Shown in pieces: positions 1 through 11,780 of a DNA stretch of 38,351 nt. The notes below the pieces were generated by a model. The model ran no database searches and had not been told where the DNA came from. It saw only the letters and a program-made list of their open reading frames with translations. A program made the position numbers and the translations under genes. Numbering within the stretch: the stretch's first letter is position 1; every line of letters begins with the position of its first letter. Source of the DNA: Octopus bimaculoides (taxonomy: Eukaryota); NCBI RefSeq assembly GCF_001194135.2, contig NC_068981.1, forward strand, positions 44,513,880 to 44,552,230. The letters run 5' to 3'.

Positions 1-36
<36 letters not shown>

Positions 37-1155
37 CGTTTGCTTGTATGTATGTATGTAAACACACACACTCACGTATACACACAGAAACACACACAGC
101 ACGCATATATATAGCTGTATATATATGAAAAAGGCTCATAAAGCGGCATTCATTACGTTACTTTTGCATGGAAACTGAAATAAGTTGAAATACGTTCTTA
201 TGTGAAGAATATAATAATTTTTTTTTAAATAAGGACCCAATGATACAACTGTAATATACAGAGCTCCATAACTGAGCATATTTTAAGACAGACCTGAGAA
301 AATTCGCGCTACACATACAAGCTCTTACACAGACAAACATGCAAAATCAATTTCACACTCACTTATATATCTTTATAACCGACAGTTGGGCACGTTTGCG
401 TGTACATACAAATGCATATCTATGAGTTTGTAAGCATGTATAGTGTGAAGCGTAGAGTAAACACTTGACAATATTCACATCGACAGGAAATGAGATTTGA
501 CGGTAGATAGATTGAAACACTATGATACGGACGTAGAGCGACAGTGAAACAAATAATGAGTAGATAAAAGCAACAGGAATAATAATAACAGTGAATAATG
601 ATAAAGAAGACTACGAAGTATAGTGATTTGTAGATGGAAAAATACTGGTAAAAAATAGCATAAGTGTGCAGAAAGATTCATTAGGATGGGTTAAAAGGAA
701 GAGAAAAGAATAGGATACAGAGTCAAAGAGATCAGAACAAATTCATGATTACATAGTCCAATACTTAAAACAAATAACAAAATAACGAAAATACACACCT
801 TGGATATAACTTCTTAATTATCCAATTAATTAGGAAAGGAGTTCCTGAGTAATTTACTGTCACAAATGATATTGTAACACCTCTAGCGAAGAGGTAGGTT
901 CTACATTTTAAGTCAATTTTTTTTGCACGCATTTCAATCTATAATTGCCATCACCAGATCTGTCTTGTAATGTATTCATTAACCTCCGTATTTATATTTT
1001 CTTGCTTAGCGATTTGATATGTCCAATTAACAATTAATTACTAAATATCTTTATCTATGACTTATGAAAGAGTTACATGGCAACCAGGATAGAAATACAT
1101 ACGTATACACGCATGTACACAAACGCACACTTATTTGAGTGTGTGAATGTGAGAT

Positions 1156-1186
<31 letters not shown>

Positions 1187-4100
1187 NNNNNNNNNNNNNN
1201 NNNNNNNNNNNNNNNNNNNNNNNNNNNNNNNNNNNNNNNNNNNNNNNNNNNNNNNNNNNNNNNNNNNNNNNNNNNNNNNNNNNNNNNNNNNNNNNNNNNN
1301 NNNNNNNNNNNNNNNNNNNNNNNNNNNNNNNNNNNNNNNNNNNNNNNNNNNNNNNNNNNNNNNNNNNNNNNNNNNNNNNNNNNNNNNNNNNNNNNNNNNN
1401 NNNNNNNNNNNNNNNNNNNNNNNNNNNNNNNNNNNNNNNNNNNNNNNNNNNNNTATATATATATATATATATATATATATTCATATATGTACGTATGCAT
1501 GTATATATATATATATGTATGTATATATGTAAATATATATATAGATATAGATATATACCTAAATGCACACAAACATATCTGTGTACATGTGTGTGTTACT
1601 TTGTGAGTGTGTGCGTGAGTATGTGTGTTTGTGTTCCTGTATATAGCAGTCAGTCGGATAGTTAAAGATTAGTAGCTAATAAGTCCTTCGTTACGTGACG
1701 CAAATGTGATGGTGGTGAAAGTCTTCAACAAGTTTGTTCATGCAGAGAAGCATCCACATGCAGACACACAAACACACATCCACATGCAGACACATACACA
1801 TAGTCTCACACACACATTCCACAATATATACACTCGCACGCACACACACACACAAAAACATAAAGACCTTGAATTTCAAAACCAATTCAAACTTTGTGAC
1901 TGATTTAGTGATTTCATCAACTCTCAAATTAAGACATATAAAAGTTTGCTTTTATAACTTCTTGCTCCTACCTCTTCACCTATCATATTGTCTGTCAAAG
2001 ATAATTTCGTAGTCAGTTAACCAGTTTTATTTGATACGTTATTCCACTACTAACATAGTCCCTTTCCACATTTAAAAGCTATGTATATGACACTGATTAC
2101 CATATATAATTGTGCACGTAAACATCTCATTTATATTTAAATATAAACCTTTAACGTACACATCATAATGATTCACATGTTGGTTTAATATTACTTTATA
2201 TTTATTATATTCATGCAGTTTTGATTTCTATGTTATAAAGAAATATAGTACAGATTGTGTTTCGATAATGGAGAAATGATATGTGTTATACAATACACGT
2301 GTGAAGTTGTTTGTTTTCTGTTTAGAATATGTGCTGAACATTCTTGAACTTCAATATCAAATTTCTTAGAATATTATTGCGCCAAAATACAGGGGTTTAT
2401 ATCAAATAGCTAAGAGGGCTATTTTGTTTTATTTTCTGATTTCCTATGATGGAATCTTTTTCGTGACGAAAGCCGATTCGTTTTGAAAATGAAGGGTCAT
2501 ATGATGCATTTTCCAAGATACGTCTAGGTAGAACATATGCATATATATATATATATATANNNNNNNNNNNNNNNNNNNNNNNNNNNNNNNNNNNNNNNNN
2601 NNNNNNNNNNNNNNNNNNNNNNNNNNNNNNNNNNNNNNNNNNNNNNNNNNNNNNNNNNNNNNNNNNNNNNNNNNNNNNNNNNNNNNNNNNNNNNNNNNNN
2701 NNNNNNNNNNNNNNNNNNNNNNNNNNNNNNNNNNNNNNNNNNNNNNNNNNNNNNNNNNNNNNNNNNNNNNNNNNNNNNNNNNNNNNNNNNNNNNNNNNNN
2801 NNNNNNNNNNNNNNNNNNNNNNNNNNNNNNNNNNNNNNNNNNNNNNNNNNNNNNNNNNNNNNNNNNNNNNNNNNNNNNNNNNNNNNNNNNNNNNNNNNNN
2901 NNNNNNNNNNNNNNNNNNNNNNNNNNNNNNNNNNNNNNNNNNNNNNNNNNNNNNNNNNNNNNNNNNNNNNNNNNNNNNNNNNNNNNNNNNNNNNNNNNNN
3001 NNNNNNNNNNNGGGGGGGGGGGTAGAAATGAAAAGCAAAGAAAATATTTATTTATATATTCTTTACTTTCCAGGATATCTCATTCTAGACTACTTTTTTT
3101 TTGTTTTTTTGATTTCATATTTTTGATTTTATGAATTTTATAAAGCCTTTGGTCAAAACAATGTTTGTTCAAATACGAGTAAAACATATATAATTGAAGA
3201 AATGTTATACGGAAACATTAACCTGTATTGTAAAACTATTCAGAACTGAATAAATGAGCCGTAATCAAATGCCACCTTTTGCATGAAATACAATTAATGG
3301 AAAACTTGAAAATGGTTTTCTTATTTCTATGCATTATGTGGTATTTGAATTTAACTGCTGCTTGAACATTTTGACTTACCACCTACGATAAATTATATGC
3401 ATTGTCAGTTTAGATCCATCACAAGATCTAGAACTCTTTTATCTAGTTTCTGAGACTATAACGTGTGAGAGGCTGAGCCCCATAAAATAGAGAGCCGGAT
3501 GAGCATAAGTCCTCTTTGCAAACCAAGACAAATTTCAACAGATTTTATAACAAGCAAAATTATCAGCAGTACACCGGCATTTATGTGTGGGGATCACATC
3601 ATCTCATAATGACCACCTATCTCATCCACATATAATGTTATTTCTTCAATTTGTTTCCATTTGCGATATACGGTTTAAGTACTTATATGAAGATATCTGA
3701 GAATAGTAAAGAGAACCTTGAATTTTCATCCAACCGTCAACAATTTGCAAAGAATGGAGAAAAACAATACCATAGAGGTGATGTACCACAATAGAGGGCA
3801 ATTGCGGTTACACAAAACACATCGGCCAGAATAACATGATTTACAACCTCTTTGACAGTAATTAGTAATACTTTCCTTAATTAAGATATAGGTATATATA
3901 TCAGAAATAGCAAAGTAAATAGAAAAAGCAAGACAAATTTTGAAATTAGGGCAAAATTTAATTGAGAAAATTACATAAAACTTGTTAATATGATCTACTT
4001 TCATAGGGCACATTGTCATCTTTTGATACACTGACTCTAACGATGGTGTTTAGTCATTGAATGTATAAAAAAAAAAGAGAAGAATTGTAATGAATCATTA

Positions 4101-4344
4101 AACTATTTATGTGATATGCCAGACAGACTGAACAGATTCATCTTTTAAAAAGAGTAGATTATAACATCATTGGAAGTAAAAATGTGAAACTGCATTCTTC
4201 CTGTCTGTCTCTTCTATCGCCCTCCTTTCTCTGTCTGTTTGTCTTTTGATATCTAAGGACATACGCATATTGAAAGTAAGTTCGTTAACATATATTCATA
4301 TAAATATGACAACACCATTATGTGTCTCTTAGTCTCTCAGTATG

Positions 4345-4472
4345 TACTCAGTCGGTTGCGACGACGAGGGTCCCAGTTTATCCGACCAACAGAACAGCTT
4401 GCCCGTGAAATTAACGTGCAAGTAGTTGAGAACTCCACAGACACGTGTACTGTTAACATAGTTATCAGGGAA
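4345..4472 (-). mobile_element. 3' part of a tRNA-derived SINE, same family as 16617-17000
   Basis: The reverse complement aligns by eye with ~16870-16995, sharing TTGCACGTTAATTTCACG and GCTGTTC.GTTG.TCGGAT.AACTGG. Confidence 0.8.
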
Positions 4473-4777
4473 AATTATGACGTTCCAAATTTGAAATAAA
4501 GGTACTACTCACTTTTGCTAGCAGACTGAATTGGAGCAACATGAAATAAAGTATGTTGTTGAAGGGCATAACGCGTCAACGGGAAATCAGACTCAGTTTC
4601 TTAAGATCGTGAGTCAAATACCCCTAAGCACTAAGCCACGCGCCTTCACAGTATGAATGTATATACACAGATAAACACCAAGTTCACAGCATTTAAAAAC
4701 ATGAAAAGGAAACAGTTTTGAAAATAAAGTGTGACTTTCAATGACACCTTTTTTAAATAAATACATATATACGCATA

Positions 4778-4781
<4 letters not shown>

Positions 4782-4866
<85 letters not shown>

Positions 4867-4875
4867 ACACACACA
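4782..4875. repeat. (CA)n microsatellite
   Basis: Directly visible; abuts the 5' truncation point of the Penelope-like fragment. Confidence 0.98.
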
Positions 4876-4880
4876 TATAA

Positions 4881-5243
4881 GTCGTCTATCAAGTTAAATT
4901 TATTTCTACATATAATGATTACTTTTATATTAGTTCTTCTAATTTTATTAAGAAAAGGGTTTCGAATCATTACCATTCCTTTAGGAACAGAAATAGGGCT
5001 TCTTCTCCTAGTCCTAGTAATTTCATCTGGAATCTAAAAGATAATAATAAAACGTACTTTATTGAATGGAGCGTTTTGAGGACTGCCCCCGCTTATAGGA
5101 TTGGTGATAAGTTCTGTTCTCTTTGTTCCGGGGAGTTATTTTTTATATTAGTCTCTAGAAGAAGGTTGCTAATCTCTAAATCTGAAATGGGTTTTTTTCT
5201 GTGTTCATGAAAATAAATGTGTGTTTAAAAATTTTCAATAAGG
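4881..5243 (+). mobile_element. Penelope-like element (PLE) remnant: GIY-YIG endonuclease domain and ORF C-terminus
   Basis: ATG-less open frame 4881-5210: VVYQVKFISTYNDYFYISSSNFIKKRVSNHYHSFRNRNRASSPSPSNFIWNLKDNNKTYFIEWSVLRTAPAYRIGDKFCSLCSGELFFILVSRRRLLISKSEMGFF. After a shift in a T-run it reads CVHENKCVFKNFQ*. It shows VVY...FYI(S) (GIY-YIG), KR..NH..SF, IW.LK, W.VL, CxLC.GE (aligning with CxLCxxEK) and C.HENK, which match the PLE C-terminus as I recall it. Confidence 0.8.
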
Positions 5244-6432
5244 ATGTCTGTTACAGGCGTTCTAGTCTGTCTGGTTTTATTTTAATTTAGTTGATTTTGA
5301 GAATTTGATAATTTCTGTTTCAGCCTTACTATTTACTACTCATGTTGGTTCCTCTCATACTGTTTTTTTTAGTTTCTAAATATAAAAATTAAAAAAAAGA
5401 ATTTATTTTTTTAATTTTTAACTTAAATTTTAAGATATTGTGATTTTGGTTCATCTTTGATTGTGAGACGGTGGATTTGACGTTTAATTCGTTTAATTAT
5501 ATTACAACCGTTTGATATTTCTGTATAATTATTTATCAGTCGACCCCGTGCCGTTTATAATTGATGGCTAATTGTTATTTAAACAAGGTACAACATGAAG
5601 TACAATATAATCTCAGATAGAAGCAATCACATATTTCCCAAGCACACACATGCACAGTTGTACTCAAACATAATTTGTATGAAATCAGTTTTTTTTAAAT
5701 GTTATAGAGTTGTACTTTTCCATTACGCATGTACACTCTCTCTCTCACACACACACACACACATACATATATTCACATAGCTCCCTTTTTCATACACACA
5801 TATACACATATGCTCACACAGAGTTGAATCGCTGTTTTTTTTTACTTTATTGGTCCCTTTCTTTCTCATTCATATGTTGAGAACAGAAGTTACACTCTGC
5901 ATTTTTCTTTCTCAAACTGTTATTGCTTTCTCTCACTCTTTCATTCTTGGCTATTACTCTCTCTACCTCTCCTTCACTGTATTACTATTTGCTCTCCTCT
6001 CCCTTCACTGATACTACTCTTTCTCTTTCTTGTCCTACTGTTTTACTAGTAGATGGCTATTTTGTAAACAAAAGAATTGCTTTTTCTTTTTTATTTTCGT
6101 TTGATATTAACATATTACTAACTTTGAATTAGGACATTTATTACTTTTTATAAGATAATATATAAGCTTGTGATTATTGATTTTTAATTTCTGATTAGAT
6201 AATCCTATTATTTTTGTAGTTAATTTTTGTTTCATTAAATTTATCTGTCTTTACTACATATCGTGAATTGTAATGTTAATAAAATGCTGGAGTGTTTTTT
6301 TTTAAATATTTTTTCTTCTGGTTTTAAATTATCCTGCGTTCTAGTTATCTTTCATTCTATTATTATTTGTTCGCTCTGTCTGGGTTATGAGGAGTCTTTG
6401 TATATTTTTGTTTGACGTAAACTTTCATGCCA

Positions 6433-6535
6433 GTGTGTAATTCCTGAGGAAGAATCTATTTTTTTTATTTCAAGAGCTTTTTCCTTTTTGTCTTTCGAAC
6501 TAATTAGACTCCGAAACTATTTGTAGAATGTATAT
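6433..6535 (+). ncRNA. Type I hammerhead ribozyme-like motif (PLE/retrozyme type), slightly degenerate
   Basis: CTGAGGA at 6444-6450; stem II AGAATCT/AGACTCC (5 of 7 pairs); GAAA at 6513-6516; stem III AC-tattt-GT; GUA triplet ending at 6525; stem I ATTC/GAAT, extendable past one bulge. Confidence 0.6.
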
Positions 6536-7524
6536 TGGTTCTGTACCAACCTGGGTTATGAATTAAAACTCGTCTACACCTACAATTTTTCCGTTCCTTA
6601 TACTTCATTTATATACATATATATNNNNNNNNNNNNNNNNNNNNNNNNNNNNNNNNNNNNNNNNNNNNNNNNNNNNNNNNNNNNNNNNNNNNNNNNNNNN
6701 NNNNNNNNNNNNNNNNNNNNNNNNNNNNNNNNNATATATATATGTATATATACAGATATATACATACATACGTATATATTATATATGTATATACATAAAT
6801 ATATACAAAGAGAAAGTTTAAAAGACCATCCTAATCACATCACAGCTGAAACAATACACATTTTAAAAAAACGTACTAATATTTTTTGATCTAATATCTG
6901 AATAAAATATCATTTAATGTTTGTGCGTAATTTGGAAGTACAATGTATAACAAAATGTTTCCTAGATTGTTCCTGAGCATCTCAAAACTAATTGAATATT
7001 TTGAAGCTCTTCAAATATTTTTATCAAATTTCATTAAATGATTTAACATAATTTGAAAATCAACATTAGACAAAGTAAACAAGAATAGTTGCGTGTCATT
7101 CCCATAACGATAAAGGATTCATATTTCTGAATGAAGAACATTAATATCAAATACATCAAAATGATTTTTTTCTAATTTCATTAAATGATTTTTCTTAATT
7201 TTAAAAAGATTATAAAAGAAAACATGACAAGATTAGTCGTGTGTATGTGTGTATGAATGTAAACACTTTATTGTCAAACAATATTAAGCGAAGTAATATA
7301 TGTTCATATTTAATTCAACGTTGCTCGTAATATACGTACGTCAATTAGAATTCAATGCAAATTATTGTTGGATATTTGTTCATAATCATATCTTGTATAT
7401 GTTGTTGTACCGTGGTTGAAGCAATATACTAATACACTACCTAATTTATAAAATTCCACAAGCTTTGTGTCATGAATGTATCAATATTTGATTCCTTTTT
7501 TGTGGACGACTCCTTAATTTACGA

Positions 7525-7618
7525 GTAATGTGGTGTCCCTTCTTCAGAGAAGGGACCCCACATTACAATATTGTATTCGATTACTCTTCAGAGAAGGGTA
7601 ATCCAATACAATATTGTA
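7525..7618. repeat. Twin inverted repeats (two adjacent hairpins) sharing a 13-bp core
   Basis: 19-bp arms 7525-7543/7548-7566 (1 mismatch) and 26-bp arms 7564-7589/7593-7618 (2 mismatches). CTTCAGAGAAGGG occurs at 7542 and 7586. Confidence 0.9.
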
Positions 7619-9069
7619 GGACAAATTTGTATTCTTAAAATTATCAAATATTCTGTGGGATTTGAGGATTTCTTCATTGTTACGCTATGTTGCCTATCAC
7701 GTAAATATTTATTGTTGACTTGCCATTAATGGCATGTTTCTGCAAACAAATCAAACCAAACCGTTATTAGCCGAATTCATGAATCCTTTGGGAACATACC
7801 GTGAGAAGATTCTCTTATTTTTTCTACACGTCAATAGCATAGAAAGAATGAATTAATCAATTAAAATCTTTGTTGAACGCATTTGTGTCTTCTCTGAGCG
7901 GCGTGTAATAAGTAATGGTTTGGTACATAGATAGCTTCATCTCCCATTTACACACATCATATGTATCAAACTAATATGTTAGCATTCATGTTTGACTTAC
8001 CGAGAAGCAATGTAATGTTTAAATATATATTACATCATTTGATTTAAGCCGAGTAGCACAAAAGAAAGAGATATTGTATAATATTAGGTGATCCTCTAAA
8101 CTTAAAAACAGTAATTAGAATATCCACCACAGTGCTTATTTTAGAACTTTTTTAAGTAGAAGCTTACTGGATAAGAAATCAGGAAAATGTATATTAGGAA
8201 ACTCCAGGAATACTGCCATAGCATCTTTCGCTATCCAAGAGAAAGATTATTTTTATATTCTTACATAAACTATATTGAAGTCTGGTAATTTTAAAATTGA
8301 TTTCAGTTCTTTTGTGTTGTGCATTCAAATAAATATGCTATAATCCTTTAAGGTACAGATATGCAAATTAAATTATCCTGCTCGTTTCGAGCTCACTTAC
8401 CGAATGCTTTAAATAGTCGTTGATCTGTGGTATGAAACGAGAAATGAGCACATAATTTGTTGTCACGTCTCTAGTTCTTTTATACAAAGAATATATTAAC
8501 ATTCTTATTTAACGTGTAGTAAATATTGCATTGCTTCAATTAATTAGAGCTATGATTTCCCCTGGATAGTATGTAACATATTGCCATGAAACCAGTATAT
8601 AAATATTTAAGATAGAATATATACAACGACGGTGACCTAATGTGTGACAGCTATATATATAGCGTCTGATATTTGTTATTTCTTATGTCCAAAGACATTG
8701 CGTGATAGACGAGATAGAAAGAGATGAAATTAGACAAATTCCTTTTGACCAAACTCTCATCAACTTTCTCGAATTTGCTTTGAAGCGGTATGTGAATATG
8801 AGAAAGGAAGTGGTGCTCAAGCGACGGATAAAATTTGAAAGCATGTGCTGAATAAACTGTAAATCGCAGGAAGGCACGTGGAACGTAACACTTCATAGAG
8901 TCGATAGTATGACGAATGTTTTTAGTGAAGTGTGGATCCACGGACTTTTTGAAAGTTTTATTTTTTTATCTATCATTACATTTTTTGTAATAGTACTCTG
9001 TATTGACCTGTACCATCTCCGATTCTTTGATTACACCTTGTGTTTCACAAAGAGAATGGTAATTGTTTA

Positions 9070-9905
9070 TTATTACTAATGTTATTAGCAATGGCAAAAT
9101 AATTTATTCTGCAATAATTTTATCTTGAGGTCTGTTGACAAGGCTCATCAAATCTCAGAATCTTTCTTAGGCCTAAGAATACAAGATGGTATATGTCCAC
9201 AGGTCGACTAAGCAAATCTCAGTTTCAGCATATTTCAGTTTATCAGGTAGCATCTTAAGTGTTGTGTTAAGTGCACCAATTACCACAAGAATAACCGTCG
9301 TTTTAGACTTCCACAGTCTCTTTAACTTTCTCGCTAGGTGTTGATATTTCTCACTTTTATAGACTTTCTTGGCATCGTATCAGTTATCACAGGGAAGCGC
9401 AAAGTCGATGGTGTTGCAATGTTTGTTTATTTTATTCTATGTAATCTTACTTGGTCTTCACTTGCATGGTCAGTCTTTACGGGGGAAACTTATTCTCTCT
9501 CACAACTTCTGCTTCGTATTTATATCACTTCCTTGTTGTCTTGAAACTTCAAACACCCGAGCAACATCCCAATGCATCCTTTTACCTGGACGGTCACACC
9601 TGTGGTTTTCTTTTTGTGTGTGCTAGCTTACTGCATTCACTCAATAGATGATGGATTATTTCGTCTCATTTCTTGCAGATTTTGTTTTTGATAGCTGACT
9701 GTGATTTTTGAGTTTTGTCTTTATCAGATACGTCTTAGAGCTTTGTTCTTGAGCGGCTATAATTAATGCTTCGCTCTCTCTTTCCAAATTCTTACCCGTC
9801 GGGCAGAGTTAACACTCTTTACTTCGAATATTTTCGGTTTGTGTCATGAATTAACCTTGTAATTCAGTTCTTTCATATCCTCCACTTTCATTTATTCTGT
9901 TTCCA
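9070..9905 (-). mobile_element. R4/Dong-like RLE non-LTR retrotransposon, 5'-truncated and degenerate (copy A)
   Basis: Minus-strand frames give ESEALIIAAQEQ, IDFA.PC, EKYQHLARKLKRLWKSKTTVILVVIGAL and YTILYS, which are C-terminal zinc-knuckle lead-in and restriction-like endonuclease motifs. Many stops and frameshifts. Confidence 0.8.
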
Positions 9906-9944
9906 GGATAATTATTATCATTGTTGTTGTTGTTGCTGTTGTTT

Positions 9945-11090
9945 TGCTTCTCAGAACGCTCGGTCTTCTTTGTTTCGGTAGATTTTGCGACAACACATTA
10001 TAAACTTTGATATTTGGTCATTAATTATCGTGGGAGTTGTTTCAAAATCCAATTAACAATTTCAAAATCCTAGCTGTCCCCAGCAGAGCAGTGTTTTTGG
10101 CTTGCTCTACTCTCATGTCAATTCGGATTTCTTTGACATATTTCTCGAACTTGTTTGTTAGTGTCCAGAATGCCCTTACAACTACTGGAATTACAGACAC
10201 TCTTCTCATAGTACACATTCTTGCAATTTTGTCTTTTAGCAGTCTGTGCTTTTCAAGCATTTCTAGTTCCTTCTCACTTATGTGTGCATATCCAGGCATT
10301 GCAATATGTATGACCTTGGTTTTCTTTTTCTCTTTATCTACCACAAAAATATCTGGTCTCCAAGCATCGATCAGTGAATCACATTGAAGTTTCAAACATC
10401 ACAGTACCTTATGTTCCGTGCTCTCGGTGGCTCCTTGTGTTTCATGTTCGTACCATTTCCGTGCTCTGGTCAGGCCGTACTTTTCACATAACATCCAGTG
10501 GAAGAACTTAATCACGTTATCGTGCCTCGTTTTGTAGTGCTTTTGGACCAGCTTGCTAGTCCCTTACAATATATGGGATTGGTTCGTTTTTGCTGCCACA
10601 CATCCTAAAAAGGAACGATTCGCTACTCTTGTCTATTTAGAACTTGATGTAATTAGTTTTAAGAGCTTGTCCCTGGGTTCTGCGTATCAATGCCTCATTG
10701 CATCATTTCAGATCACTCTTTTCTAGCTATCTCTAAGTGTTGATTTTGTCTTTTCCTTCGATTTCTCAGAGGTTTTGCCCGTGCAGTGTTTTCATTTTCC
10801 AGCTATTTTTTCTTTCATTTTCAAAATCTTTCATATATATTTGTGGGTATATCACATTTTCAGTAGGTATTCTATTGTTGATTCTAACAGAAGCAACGAA
10901 GAATTCACTCTGCCATTTAACGTACCATCCCAGATTGTTTTTCTCGTTGACAACAGAGATCTTGCATCCACGCATCACAAGCATAAGTCCACGACATGGT
11001 GATCTCATATTAAGATAAACAGCACCTGATCTTGCAGCTGGGGCCCGGTTAGAATTTTGCTCAGGTCGAGTAGTCCGTTCCACTAAAAAT
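9945..11090 (-). mobile_element. R4/Dong-like RLE retrotransposon fragment (copy B)
   Basis: ORF 10042-10395 contains RPDIFVVDKEKK...IHIAMPG...SVIPVVVRAF...TALLGTARIL (RLE domain). Upstream are RGLM...EKNNLGWYVK (post-RT region) and a degenerate RHDNV...HWMLCEKYGL segment. The 3' UTR runs into an AAC/AAT tail. Confidence 0.85.
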
Positions 11091-11094
11091 AACA

Positions 11095-11165
11095 TGATTA
11101 TTATTGTTGCTGTCGTCGTCACCGTCGTCGTTGTTGTTGTTGTTGTTCTTCTTCTTCTTCTTATT
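11095..11165. repeat. Compound trinucleotide microsatellite (TTA/GTC/TTG/TTC)
   Basis: Directly visible; separates copies B and F. Confidence 0.95.
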
Positions 11166-11167
11166 GT

Positions 11168-11656
11168 CAGCACAATCTTTTGTATTTCTCTGAGACAAGA
11201 GCTCTCCTGGGATATTTCTGACATTTTTTCTTATGACACCTAGTGCACCCACAATAATAAGACTTATTTTTTATGTTATGTTTGAAGATGCCATATCTTT
11301 TGTATTTCAATTTCAATGTCCTTATATTTATTTAATTTATCGAATTTCTTTACAAATATATTTTCATCAGTTGGAATATATACATCTATTAGACTACAAG
11401 CATTTTATTCTCCGTCTTTACATCTAGTGGATTACCCTGGGTCATTCTGTTGGTGATGACTGGAAAATCCCAGAGGATAGTAACACGTGTATTTTCAATG
11501 ACTGGATCAGGATGATGTCCATCTCAGTAAGAAGGAGAGCTGATTTTTGTAGTGTTTACATATGTCTCAATGTAAATACTTTCCTACCCTACTGTAATGA
11601 TTTTTGTATTCGGTGATGGCAATTTTTGTATTTGTTCGTGGCGAATTTTGTATTCG
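11168..11656 (-). mobile_element. R4/Dong-like RLE retrotransposon fragment (copy F)
   Basis: Minus strand gives IAITEYKNHYSRVGKYLH, TILWDFPV, LIDVYIPTDENIFVKKFDKLNKYKDIEIEIQKIWHL, GALGVIRK and LREIQKIVL. Confidence 0.8.
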
Positions 11657-11667
11657 TTTTATTATTA

Positions 11668-11729
<62 letters not shown>

Positions 11730-11780
11730 GTTGTTGTTGTTGTTGTTGTTGTTGCTGTTGTTGTTGTTGTTGTTATTATC
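11657..11780. repeat. (TTA)n(TTG)n compound microsatellite, the tail of copy C1
   Basis: Directly visible. Confidence 0.98.

Noticed and set aside
3012-3022. Poly-G run after a gap
   Set aside because: Too short, and at a contig edge where sequencing artefacts are likely.
3300-4031. ORF 3726-4031 with FAISD and a Cys-rich stretch, vaguely GPCR-like
   Set aside because: No DRY or NPxxY motif, stops follow immediately, and no consistent transmembrane pattern.
8651-8941. Overlapping minus-strand ORFs of 96 and 64 aa
   Set aside because: No recognisable domain or splice context.
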